Part shown: positions 27,945 through 36,884 of the stretch, in pieces
How the letters are laid out: every line of letters starts with the position of its first letter
Position numbering within the stretch: the first letter of the stretch is position 1
Source of the DNA: a virus
Taxonomy: Duplodnaviria > Caudoviricetes
IMG/VR virus record: IMGVR_UViG_3300005588_000038
Coordinates: 1-63,128 of that record
Length of the DNA: 63,128 bases
Strand: one strand, 5' to 3'
Made by a program: the position numbers and the translations under genes
Notes under the pieces: model-generated
The model's input: only the letters and a program-made list of their open reading frames with translations
The model's database searches: none
What the model was told of the DNA's origin: nothing

Positions 27945-28201
27945 CTGAATCAAAGCAGCAAGAAAGCAGCCAATCTCCAGGAAGCCGGCTGGTACGAGTA
28001 CTTCAGCAAAGACCGGACGATTCGCTTGAGGTGTTTCTCAATAAAATGAATCAGTTCGATCGTCAATTTTGCGATATGATGGCCAACGGCTCAGAGTTCA
28101 CCATTCGACTTGAAATACGAGGACAAGGAGGACGAGTTCTGCAAACTCGAGTCTATCTCGATGATGTAGGGCGTCCTCAAGCTCGAAAGGATTCCGATTG
28201 A
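27941..28201 (+). CDS. Hypothetical protein
   Basis: GAGGTGG RBS + TTG. Confidence 0.6.
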   Translation: MTESKQQESSQSPGSRLVRVLQQRPDDSLEVFLNKMNQFDRQFCDMMANGSEFTIRLEIRGQGGRVLQTRVYLDDVGRPQARKDSD

Positions 28202-28289
28202 ATTTCAAGAATTGTAAAACTCTGCTCTTGTCGAACTGATAGACAGCCTTTAGCGTTTCGGTTCAAGCAGTCTGCCGCAGCCATAAACC

Positions 28290-28336
28290 GCCTAGGAGAC
28301 TTTTCATTCGATAAGTCCTCTAGGCTTTTGTTTTGG
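28290..28336 (+). terminator. Putative intrinsic terminator
   Basis: gcctaggagact / agtcctctaggc imperfect stem + ttttgtttt. Confidence 0.55.
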
Positions 28337-28352
28337 TTGGAGAAAACTTCCA

Positions 28353-28799
28353 ATGAAGAACGTGACTTTTTATCTCGGTCCTGCTCCGTCGAATTTGAGT
28401 ACCCGGACGCTGACCATCACACGAATCCCGGATGCTGGTAATGACAGCTACTCTGCAGTTCACAACGCTGATGCCGGAGTAGTTGATAATGTCACTGTTG
28501 CTTTGGCGAGCAACATCATGTGGCAGGCAAAGCTCGTCGATGTGCTTGATTCAGGAGAAACATCGAATCCAGCAATCCTCAACTTCCACACAGGGTCACT
28601 TCAGTTCCCTGGGCCTGCGTCAGGTGATCGACTGAGTATTCTGTCGATGGAAGATCTGTCCAGCTCGAGTAGTAGTTCATCGGATTCATCATCTTCAAGT
28701 GAATCCAGTTCATCTCAGAGCAGCTCAAGTCAATCCAGTTCATCGTCTTCGAGTGAGTCGAGTTCATCGCAGAGCAGCTCATCGAGTCAATCGTCGTAA
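28353..28799 (+). CDS. Fn3/Ig-like protein with 46-aa C-terminal poly-Ser tail (possible head decoration)
   Basis: ~100-aa beta domain, then MEDL and Ser tract 28659-28796; GGAG RBS. Confidence 0.85.
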   Translation: MKNVTFYLGPAPSNLSTRTLTITRIPDAGNDSYSAVHNADAGVVDNVTVALASNIMWQAKLVDVLDSGETSNPAILNFHTGSLQFPGPASGDRLSILSMEDLSSSSSSSSDSSSSSESSSSQSSSSQSSSSSSSESSSSQSSSSSQSS

Positions 28800-28875
28800 A
28801 GTAAATTCGATGATCACCCGGTCGTGTGCTGCTTGAAAGACTTTTATCAAGAATCAAACTTCGCTAGAGGCAGAA

Positions 28876-29238
28876 ATGGCTGCTCGACAAAAACCTCAAA
28901 CCAGTCCGGTGCTCGACAATACTGATGTTGATGCTGATGGATCAGATCGGGACAGAATTGTCAAGAGCCTGAGCACTGATGATGTGTTGTCGATTGTGCG
29001 GTTTATTCAGGTCAGTCCGCTCGAAGCTGTTCTACAGTTACGGCAGAAAACACACAGCACACTCAAAAGACTTGGAGTGTCTCGAGATCCGTCAGCGGCA
29101 ATACCCTTTCGCCGAGCAGATGGATCTATCACTCCAGGAAGTATCTACACATGGCTTGATAGTGTTGATTCTGGAGACAAAGTGAGCTGTGAGCAGGTGG
29201 TGGCTATCGATGCCACGTGTTTGGTTCGGGGGATCTAA
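28876..29238 (+). CDS. Hypothetical protein
   Basis: GAGG RBS. Confidence 0.65.
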   Translation: MAARQKPQTSPVLDNTDVDADGSDRDRIVKSLSTDDVLSIVRFIQVSPLEAVLQLRQKTHSTLKRLGVSRDPSAAIPFRRADGSITPGSIYTWLDSVDSGDKVSCEQVVAIDATCLVRGI

Positions 29239-29528
29239 TGCATCTGTCCTATGAGCAAATCACTGCCACAGGTGCAGTAAAGACAGCGGATAATCTTACG
29301 ATTCCGCCTAAGGCAACTCATGCAGAAATTCAGGCTGATCCAGGCAGCAGCAGTATCAAATACACTATGGACGATTCAACTGATCCGACAACATCATCGG
29401 GCATGTCTCTAGTGGCTGGTCTTGCTCCGATGCTAGTCCTGATTGAAGATCTTCGTCGGATTCGATTCATCAACGACGGGTCTGCTGCAAATCTCGACAT
29501 CCATTATTTAGGCGGCAGGGACATCTAG
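29238..29528 (+). CDS. Small beta-rich structural protein
   Basis: IPPKATHAEIQA..IKYT.D.TDPTTSSG..L pattern common in phage head regions. Confidence 0.7.
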   Translation: MHLSYEQITATGAVKTADNLTIPPKATHAEIQADPGSSSIKYTMDDSTDPTTSSGMSLVAGLAPMLVLIEDLRRIRFINDGSAANLDIHYLGGRDI

Positions 29529-29549
29529 TTCTGCTAGAAGAAGTGACAT

Positions 29550-31067
29550 ATGCCCCATCCGAATACCGAACTGCTGAAGAAGATCAAAGCTCGGAAGTCT
29601 ACGGCTACTGAGTTCAAGTACGGGATCCGGACAGCAGAAGAGTACGTCAAAAATCTGCAGGTCTGCGTCGGTGATGAGTTTTGCTGGAAAAACCTCACCG
29701 CCAGAGGAGTGTCATTTCAAGATGTGCTATCAAAGTCAGCCCGAACACTGACCTACAACAATCCTGAAATGACGGTTGAGGAGAAATCTCATACTGAATC
29801 TGTCGGCGGTGATTACGAATTGCCAAAGAACACGCTGATGGTTTTCAAGAACACCTTGACTACGTCCAGGATGGATCGTGACGGTGACATTCTGAGGACA
29901 GCAGGAGCTGAACCAGATCCTGAGATGCTCTTGCTTTGGCAGCATGTGCACACTCTACCGATTGGTAAAATGCTCGCCATCGTCGATCATACTGAGAGTA
30001 AACTTTCGGTGGTGACTGCTATTGTCGATATCAACGACCTGGCTCATGATTCGGCAGTGATGGTTGATAACAAAATGGGTCGGTTTTCTCATGGATTTCG
30101 GGCTCTTCAATTCAGTGAATTGAAGGCTGAGCCCGGAGAGACATCCAGTGGTGGATTTGACATCAAACGATTTGAGATTCTCGAAGAATCTCTAGTCAGT
30201 GTCCCGTCTAATGCTGACGCTGAGACTGAGGAAGTGATTCTGGATTTGGTCGAAGGCAAGCAGCTTACCAGCGGTGTCATGAAAGCGGTAGGAGCTAATA
30301 TCCGAGAAAAGCAAACCACCACAACAGTTGCAGGTGGTTTGCCGGACGAATTGAAGGAGAAGAAGGGCGATGAATCAGACCAAACCAAACGAAGCTGCTC
30401 CTGCGGAGGTGCGAAGACAGGAAGTTCCGAAGGAGGAAGTAGCTCATCAACCGAAACCAAAAAGGATGAAACCAGAGAAGCGGCAGACACCAAAGACTCG
30501 AAAGGGTTGACCGAGAAGTGGTATCCGGTTTACGCAGGAATGCTCGATGATAGTTGGGAGAAGACTATTGAAGAGCTCGGAGCCCAGGCTCATCGGTTTC
30601 TCAAAGACAAGGGATTGGTACCCGAAAAGACTCCGGATAACTACGTCTATTCGTATGCCTATGTACTAGGAACCTGGGCAGGCGAAGCTGTCATTTGCTG
30701 CTACATTGACCAAAGCAGTGACGATGATGTCGAATATCGATATTACCAGGCATCTTGGAGTCAGAATCAAAATGAGGTAGCTGAGTTCTTCGGAGATCCT
30801 GTGCAGGTTGAGGTTTCGACTACTGTTGAGATCGAAAGGAAGACCGAAAAGGCAGTTCAATTGGACAAGAAGTCCGTTGACGAAGATTTGAACGCTGATG
30901 CAGACACCGACACAGGCAACGAAGTCCAAAAAGCGATGTCGGTGCTTATGGTGTCCGCAGATGAAGCTGAGCAGAGACGACTGGTGAATGTCTTGTCTAA
31001 GCTGCTTGAGCAGAAGAAAAACCATCGAGAATTCCAATCCATTAAAGGATTGGTAGGCTCTAAGTGA
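29550..31067 (+). CDS. HK97-family prohead protease with long C-terminal extension
   Basis: DRDGDIL, LLWQH..PIGK, FSHGF, ILEESLVSVPSN. Confidence 0.92.
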   Translation: MPHPNTELLKKIKARKSTATEFKYGIRTAEEYVKNLQVCVGDEFCWKNLTARGVSFQDVLSKSARTLTYNNPEMTVEEKSHTESVGGDYELPKNTLMVFKNTLTTSRMDRDGDILRTAGAEPDPEMLLLWQHVHTLPIGKMLAIVDHTESKLSVVTAIVDINDLAHDSAVMVDNKMGRFSHGFRALQFSELKAEPGETSSGGFDIKRFEILEESLVSVPSNADAETEEVILDLVEGKQLTSGVMKAVGANIREKQTTTTVAGGLPDELKEKKGDESDQTKRSCSCGGAKTGSSEGGSSSSTETKKDETREAADTKDSKGLTEKWYPVYAGMLDDSWEKTIEELGAQAHRFLKDKGLVPEKTPDNYVYSYAYVLGTWAGEAVICCYIDQSSDDDVEYRYYQASWSQNQNEVAEFFGDPVQVEVSTTVEIERKTEKAVQLDKKSVDEDLNADADTDTGNEVQKAMSVLMVSADEAEQRRLVNVLSKLLEQKKNHREFQSIKGLVGSK

Positions 31068-31128
31068 TGCACGGAATCCCGGCGGTCGGGAAGAGTGTTT
31101 TGTTGACTGTGAGATGAAAGGTCATACG

Positions 31129-31129
31129 A
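31129..31129 (+). other. Likely capsid start codon (MKLTARL)
   Basis: AAAGG RBS precedes ATG 31129 rather than 31114. Confidence 0.5.
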
Positions 31130-32802
31130 TGAAACTCACAGCCCGTCTTCGGAAGTGGTTGATTGACGAAGTCAACGTCAAAGCCAATGCCACGGACGAA
31201 GAATTTCTGAAGGCCGCCGGTGCGGCACTTGCAGACGGTTCGTTGTCGGTCGAAAAGTACTCGGAACTCACAACGGACGAAGAAGAAAAAGCCGTCTCGG
31301 AACTGCAATCGACACTCAAGTCAATTGCGGATGGGATGGCTGCCATCAAAGAGTCGCTTGCTCAGCCGAAGTCTACTGAATCTGCTCCTGCTGAAGAAGA
31401 GAAACAGAAAGGTGGAGCAGACGAAGGCGGCACGAAAAACTCAGAACCAGACGGCACTAAGGCTGTCGGTTCGGACGGAGCAGCGACCGGAGACACGACG
31501 GCCATGTCGATTGAGCAGATCCGGCAGGCACTCGGCCACAATGCCGGCGGTGATGATCTTCTGGATGGTTCCAAGTCAGTTTCTGCGGCACCTCGTGTCA
31601 AGAAGGCTGTTGAATCGTACGGGACGACCAAATCGGCTCTGGTGTACCCTGATCGTACCCAGAAAGGTGGCGTGCACACCTTTTCCGGTGAGCGTGTCAC
31701 GGACATGGGGCGTGGGCTGGATTCGGCATCTGAGCGGGGCAAGGCGCTGGCAGGGGCTTGGGCTAAGTTCCAGCTCGCTTCAGCAATCCCAAGAATCGCC
31801 GGGTCTGCTCAGCGTGCCTGGGAAATGCTCAGCGACCACGAGAAATGCCTGCTGCACCATCTATGTGCAGAAGAGCAGTGGGACTCCAGTGTCGATGAGA
31901 AATCCCGAATCCAAAAAGGCTATGCCCCCGGCGGGATCAAGGCGCTTATCGACGACTCAACGTCAGGCGGCCTGGAAGCTGCTCCAATCGTGTTCGATGA
32001 CATGGTTATCGAAACTCCTCTTCTTTACGGTGAGCTTTTTCCTCTGGTAAACACCGTACCGCTGGCACGAGGTCGTCGGATCGAAGGGGTGGAAATTGGG
32101 ACGGTGACGGGAAGCTGGGGCGGGGTTGACGACTCCGCTATCAACCTGTTCAATACCGCGTCGTACGTGTCAGCGTTCGATACGACCATCTTTCGGTGGG
32201 AAGGTGCTATTCGGATTGGACTGGACTTCATGTCCGACACGCCTCTTGATTTTGGAGCGGCTATCACTCGCCAGTACGGTGAACGGTTGCTCGAGGATCT
32301 CGATGACGTGATTGCTGTCGGGAACGGCACGACTCAGCCGGAAGGCGTGATGAACAAGTCCGGGGCGACGTCTGTTGCATTCGGCGGCACCACTTCCCTT
32401 GGCAACTATGAATCTCTTCGGTTCGGTGTTTCCAAGGCAGAGCATCGATCGACTATTGCCCGTACCGCTGTTTTCTGCGGAACAGAAACCAGCTATCAGC
32501 GGGCTCGAGCAATTCCGGTCGGTGCATCGGATGCACGTCGTCTGGGTGGTATGAACTATGATTCGTACACTTGGATGGAACGCCCGTACAAGATCAATGA
32601 GTCTCTTTCGAACTCGCAGATCTTCTACGCCATCCTTGCTCGGTACCGGATGTACCGCCGACGTGGATTCTCAGTTCGACAGTCCACTGAAGGTGATACG
32701 TTGATCCGAAACAATGAAATGCTGATGGTGGCCATGGCTCGCTATGGCGGTCAGGCTGAGCGTGGTGCAGTTGTTGCTTCGACGACGACTGCTCCTGCGT
32801 AA
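31129..32802 (+). CDS. Major capsid protein (HK97 fold) with N-terminal scaffold/delta region
   Basis: SGGLEAAP, VGNGTTQPEGV, ARYGG; follows protease; strong hairpin afterwards. Confidence 0.92.
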   Translation: MKLTARLRKWLIDEVNVKANATDEEFLKAAGAALADGSLSVEKYSELTTDEEEKAVSELQSTLKSIADGMAAIKESLAQPKSTESAPAEEEKQKGGADEGGTKNSEPDGTKAVGSDGAATGDTTAMSIEQIRQALGHNAGGDDLLDGSKSVSAAPRVKKAVESYGTTKSALVYPDRTQKGGVHTFSGERVTDMGRGLDSASERGKALAGAWAKFQLASAIPRIAGSAQRAWEMLSDHEKCLLHHLCAEEQWDSSVDEKSRIQKGYAPGGIKALIDDSTSGGLEAAPIVFDDMVIETPLLYGELFPLVNTVPLARGRRIEGVEIGTVTGSWGGVDDSAINLFNTASYVSAFDTTIFRWEGAIRIGLDFMSDTPLDFGAAITRQYGERLLEDLDDVIAVGNGTTQPEGVMNKSGATSVAFGGTTSLGNYESLRFGVSKAEHRSTIARTAVFCGTETSYQRARAIPVGASDARRLGGMNYDSYTWMERPYKINESLSNSQIFYAILARYRMYRRRGFSVRQSTEGDTLIRNNEMLMVAMARYGGQAERGAVVASTTTAPA

Positions 32803-32829
32803 TCTCGCTGAGTTGGCTGTGTAGCTGAC

Positions 32830-32906
32830 TCTCGCCCTGCCTGGGGGACGACTTCCTCGGACGTCCCCCAGGCTTTTACTGCATTCCGAGGAAACCAAGG
32901 GCGAGA
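32830..32906 (+). terminator. Post-capsid terminator hairpin embedded in potential pseudoknot/outer stem
   Basis: 12-bp stem 32839-32850/32862-32873 + tttt; loop 32853-32861 complementary to 32885-32893; 32830-32838 complementary to 32898-32906. Confidence 0.7.
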
Positions 32907-32918
32907 AGAGGAACATAG

Positions 32919-33533
32919 ATGGCTACTCAAGAAGCTATCGCTGAAATGGCGACACTGACAAAGTTTTCAGTTGAGGCTGATCATCCGCAAAATTCAGATC
33001 TTCTCATTCAGACGATTCCTGGATGTCGGTTGCGGAGTTCAATTTCAGGCTCGAAGCCGGTTCGAGATGCAACAACAGGCAAGATCATCGGTGTACCAAA
33101 AGACCGGGTACTTGCTTTGGGCTCTCTGCCTCGTATTCCGGGAATGGTGATCACGGTCTTTCCTCTGAAAAAGACTTACGAGATCACTGATGGTCTCGAA
33201 GGCGAAGATGAAATCCTTGCCGAGATCAAGCGGTGGTTGAAGGAAAATCGACAAGGAGGAACGGACTCCGAGCTTCGACCTGTTCCAAAGAGTGAAGGGA
33301 AACTGGACGCAAACTCAATGAAAACTCTTTGCCGAGAGCTGTACCATATCGTCGAAGCGGACGAAGGTAAGCTCGTCGAAGGGCCGTCGAGTTTGAGTCT
33401 GGAAGACATCGACGATCTCCCAGGAGATTACCTCCTCAATCCAGGCAGTCGAGTTTTCAATACGCAACCCAAACTTGAAAAAGATTTTGATTCTTGGGTT
33501 GCACGAATGTCATCTTCGTCAAGTGAGAACTGA
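32919..33533 (+). CDS. Hypothetical protein
   Basis: GAGGA RBS. Confidence 0.75.
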   Translation: MATQEAIAEMATLTKFSVEADHPQNSDLLIQTIPGCRLRSSISGSKPVRDATTGKIIGVPKDRVLALGSLPRIPGMVITVFPLKKTYEITDGLEGEDEILAEIKRWLKENRQGGTDSELRPVPKSEGKLDANSMKTLCRELYHIVEADEGKLVEGPSSLSLEDIDDLPGDYLLNPGSRVFNTQPKLEKDFDSWVARMSSSSSEN

Positions 33534-34006
33534 TGCCGGTCAAGTCGATACAACGTGCTCAGGCAGTAGAAAGAGCTCGCGTCCGTCGAGTGTCTGCTGC
33601 CCAAGCACGTCTTCGGCGAGATGAGTGGTTCATCAAAGAAAGACTGAACGAGATCCAACTCACCTTGTGGCAACGAATCCGCATCGCGGTGATGTTCGTT
33701 AAGACTAAGGTGGTGCTGAATATCAGCAAACCAGTTACCCGAGGCATCAGTGCTCGGACCGGTCGAGTTGTTGTCATCGAACGAAGTAAGCCAGGAGAGT
33801 ACCCAAGAGCCGATACAACTCTTCTGATGAAGTCTATCTTCACTGACACCGTCAAGACATCACCGGGTGTGGTGGACGGGTTCATTGGGTCACCTGTGTG
33901 GTACGGATTGGTACTCGAAACAAAATTGGATCGTCGATTTCTGACCAGAACCCTCTTTGAGCAGCAGGATAGAATTCGACAAATCCTTTCAGGTCCGATT
34001 AAATGA
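33533..34006 (+). CDS. HK97 gp10-like tail completion protein
   Basis: RSKPGEYPRADTTLLMKSI...GSPVWYGLVLE..R.FL. Confidence 0.8.
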   Translation: MPVKSIQRAQAVERARVRRVSAAQARLRRDEWFIKERLNEIQLTLWQRIRIAVMFVKTKVVLNISKPVTRGISARTGRVVVIERSKPGEYPRADTTLLMKSIFTDTVKTSPGVVDGFIGSPVWYGLVLETKLDRRFLTRTLFEQQDRIRQILSGPIK

Positions 34007-34491
34007 TTGGGTCTCGAGATGTTCATGAGGCTGTGGCGACTGCTTGGGATTCAGCAGATCTCGACGATCTATTCACTGCTTACTGGGGTGGTGATGATTC
34101 AGATGATTTTCTTGTTCTCAATGATCAAGAAGCCGCTCCTGAGCAGCCGTTTCCGTACTGCATTTTCAATCAAGAAGAGCCGATTGTTGTCAACAGGATG
34201 TCTGGCACTCTGTCAGCTCGCCGAGAAGTTCGAGACATCATCTGGGAATTTCGAGTCTATGCCAAAACGGTGGACTCAACGGCGGCTAAGGATGTTGCTG
34301 GTGCTTTAGCTGAAGAAATCATGAAAGTGTTCGGAGGCCATCCTACCGAAACGCCTTCAGCTCTTTCGTTAGATACTGGTCAACATCTGATCACTCAATA
34401 CCTAACAGATTACGGAATGCGGCTTGGGGATAGTGAGCACTATTGGTTGGTGCGATATCTGTTTCGGGTCGATGTACCGGTAGCTCAGTAA
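34003..34491 (+). CDS. Tail terminator-like protein
   Basis: AAPEQPFPYCIF...EFRVY; position before tail tube. Confidence 0.7.
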   Translation: MIGSRDVHEAVATAWDSADLDDLFTAYWGGDDSDDFLVLNDQEAAPEQPFPYCIFNQEEPIVVNRMSGTLSARREVRDIIWEFRVYAKTVDSTAAKDVAGALAEEIMKVFGGHPTETPSALSLDTGQHLITQYLTDYGMRLGDSEHYWLVRYLFRVDVPVAQ

Positions 34492-34501
34492 GGACTGACC
34501 G

Positions 34502-35176
34502 ATGGGAACGCGATCACTGACAACGCCGACAGCCTTGGCGCAGATTACCGCGACAGTGGTAAATGCGTCGGACGTAAATTCCAGTGTTTCGGTTTCGGGC
34601 CAGGTAAAGGCTACCAAGAAATCTTCGATGACGAATGGAATCGGTTCTAACCAATCGAATCGCGCGTGGCAGTTTTCTGGGACGATTCCGTCGGGAGCGT
34701 CCATTGTCATCGATCTGTACGATTTTTCCGGATACGATTTTGGAATGGGTGATGGTAATGATATTACCGGACAGGCACTGACTGTCGAAGAAATCACAGC
34801 AATTCAGATCCAGAACGATAATGCGGTGACGGCGGATGGTCAGCTTGAAATTGAACCTGACTCGACTAATGGGTGGACGCCGATTGGTACCCACACAGCC
34901 GCAACAGGCGGTGCTCTGCGGGGCGGCGGTGTGCTGCACAAGGCCCAACCTGCGGCGGCGGCTTTTGATGTCGTTGACGCATCCAGCCACCGATTAAAGC
35001 TGACTGCAAACGGCGGCGCGGTGGTGTACACAATTGCGTTGATCGGTCGACACGATGATGACGAAAGCAGTAGCTCTTCGAGCAGTTCTTCGTCATCGAG
35101 CAGCTCATCCCAGTCAAGCAGTTCTTCGTCATTGAGTAGTTCATCGTCGTCAAGCAGTTCATCGCAGTCTTCTTAA
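34502..35176 (+). CDS. Tail-region structural protein with 36-aa C-terminal poly-Ser tail
   Basis: Beta-rich body (IDLY...D..G), then HDDDE and Ser tract 35066-35173. Confidence 0.85.
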   Translation: MGTRSLTTPTALAQITATVVNASDVNSSVSVSGQVKATKKSSMTNGIGSNQSNRAWQFSGTIPSGASIVIDLYDFSGYDFGMGDGNDITGQALTVEEITAIQIQNDNAVTADGQLEIEPDSTNGWTPIGTHTAATGGALRGGGVLHKAQPAAAAFDVVDASSHRLKLTANGGAVVYTIALIGRHDDDESSSSSSSSSSSSSSSQSSSSSSLSSSSSSSSSSQSS

Positions 35177-35220
35177 TCAAAGAATCTGATCCACTCACTT
35201 CCGTTTAACGGAGAAATGAC

Positions 35221-35697
35221 ATGTCCAGCCTCGATACTCTTACCGGACGAACCGGTAAGGTTTCTCTTGAAAATCTCGAAGACAGCACAGAAAGTCTGGT
35301 TGCTCGAATCACTCAATGGGCGGTGAATCCGACCTTGGCTACCAGTAGTGAGTGGGGTGATTCAGATTCAGCAGGATACACCAATCGTGCGTCGGGTCGA
35401 AGAGATGCGACGTTCGATACGGAAGGAAAATACGATACGACCGACGAGGTGTACCAACTTTTCAATCCAGGTGATACGCTTCGCGTGACCCTTTGGTTGA
35501 AAGAAGATCTTGAGGTCACCCCGAACGTCAGTTTGTACTGGGATTTCCCTCGGGCACTGTGCAATGATTTCCAGTTGACAGTGAATGTCGACACAGAAGA
35601 AGTCATTGGGTGGACTGCTGCTTGGGGTGCTGATGGAATCTTCTATCGACCAGGACAGACAGATCAACCAAGCCGAACGCTGCCGGATCCATCGTAA
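35221..35697 (+). CDS. Major tail (tube) protein
   Basis: LTGRTGKV...W...DSDSAGYTNRASGRRDAT...VNVD...W...GADG; followed by terminator and chaperone. Confidence 0.8.
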   Translation: MSSLDTLTGRTGKVSLENLEDSTESLVARITQWAVNPTLATSSEWGDSDSAGYTNRASGRRDATFDTEGKYDTTDEVYQLFNPGDTLRVTLWLKEDLEVTPNVSLYWDFPRALCNDFQLTVNVDTEEVIGWTAAWGADGIFYRPGQTDQPSRTLPDPS

Positions 35698-35749
35698 ATT
35701 CGGTGGATTTGAATCCGCCTGTCTGTGTTACGGTGGAACGGCAAGAGCC

Positions 35750-35782
35750 AGGCGGGATACAACCTATCCCGCCTTTTTCTTT
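35750..35782 (+). terminator. Intrinsic terminator
   Basis: aggcgggata-caacc-tatcccgcct + ttttcttt. Confidence 0.85.
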
Positions 35783-35808
35783 ACTTGAGTTTTCCGAGGA
35801 GATGAAAG

Positions 35809-36453
35809 ATGGCTGAGGACGTTGCGAGGGCACTAGGTGCTGGTTCAGGGAAAACGGTTACGATTGCGGGTAAATCATGTAAGGTGCGTCCACTGAATCT
35901 CGGGGAGTTGGCAGAGCTTCAGAGAATCTGCGCCATTCGGTGGAAGAAGCAGAAGCTGAACGAGTTTGCCGAGATGATTCTTCCGGGAGAAGATCGAGAT
36001 GCACTGATCAGGGATAAGAGGCAGCAGCTCAGTGAACTTGACGCTGAAGATCTGCCGATGAGGGAGGTCTACAGTTGTGCAGGCACTCCGGCTACAACAC
36101 AACTGGTTCAGTTTCTTCAGAATATGTTTCCTGATTTGGCGCCGGATGTCTTGGAGCCGGGTCCGAAATTGGATCGGATTGCTGAGGCGTGCCTTGATCA
36201 GAATCGAATGTCTCCTGAGCAGTATAAAAAACTCACCAACGGACGGGATGCTTCTGTTGTGGCATCTCCCTACGCTGCATGGTGGGTTGGCGGTACGATG
36301 GAAGGTATGCTTGAATCGTGTTGGCTGTGCTTTCAGCATTCAGGTGTGACACGGGATGAGCTGTTCGAAGAACTTTCAAGCACTCCTGGCCGACTGAGTG
36401 AGATTTCGAAAGAAATCGAGCACATGTCTGCTCCTGAGTCGGGAAATGGATAG
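35809..36453 (+). CDS. Tail assembly chaperone (gpG analogue)
   Basis: Between tube and tape measure; slippery site at 3' end. Confidence 0.8.
   Translation: MAEDVARALGAGSGKTVTIAGKSCKVRPLNLGELAELQRICAIRWKKQKLNEFAEMILPGEDRDALIRDKRQQLSELDAEDLPMREVYSCAGTPATTQLVQFLQNMFPDLAPDVLEPGPKLDRIAEACLDQNRMSPEQYKKLTNGRDASVVASPYAAWWVGGTMEGMLESCWLCFQHSGVTRDELFEELSSTPGRLSEISKEIEHMSAPESGNG
36441..36447 (+). promoter_or_regulatory. -1 programmed ribosomal frameshift site G GGA AAT
   Basis: X XXY YYZ in correct phase; -1 frame open from 36441 into ORF 36498-36884. Confidence 0.85.
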
Positions 36454-36884
36454 GGCCTGTTGATAAGCAGCCGAGCAGCAGGCCCGATGCCCGGCCGATG
36501 GATCTCTTGTGCGGATTGACACCTCGCCACATCAGAAGATTATGCGATCCTCCAACCTGGGACTCTGCTGGTGGATTTGGTTACCGTCCAAAAGATGTTT
36601 CGGAGTTGACCCTTGATCAAGTGTTCATGCTCCTTGCTGATCCGAAGTACCTCAGAGCAGGGCCTGTCCGAGGAGTATCCATGGACGGTTCAGCTGTCGC
36701 TAATCTACTCAAACCTGATGGAACTGTAGACGCTGTGAGTTCTACTGGTGAGAAGATCAAGCTCAAAGGCACCGGTAAAACCAAGGTAGAGCAGATGAGA
36801 GAGAAGCAGGCCAAGAGGGCGGCTGAGAGATCAGCTGCTTCAGAAAGAAAAGGCAGAAAGAAACGGAACCGAAATGGGTATTGA
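36447..36884 (+). CDS. Frameshifted C-terminal part of tail chaperone (gpT analogue)
   Basis: GFGYRPKDVSELTLDQVFML typical of gpT-like segments. Confidence 0.75.
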   Translation, partial: WIGPVDKQPSSRPDARPMDLLCGLTPRHIRRLCDPPTWDSAGGFGYRPKDVSELTLDQVFMLLADPKYLRAGPVRGVSMDGSAVANLLKPDGTVDAVSSTGEKIKLKGTGKTKVEQMREKQAKRAAERSAASERKGRKKRNRNGY

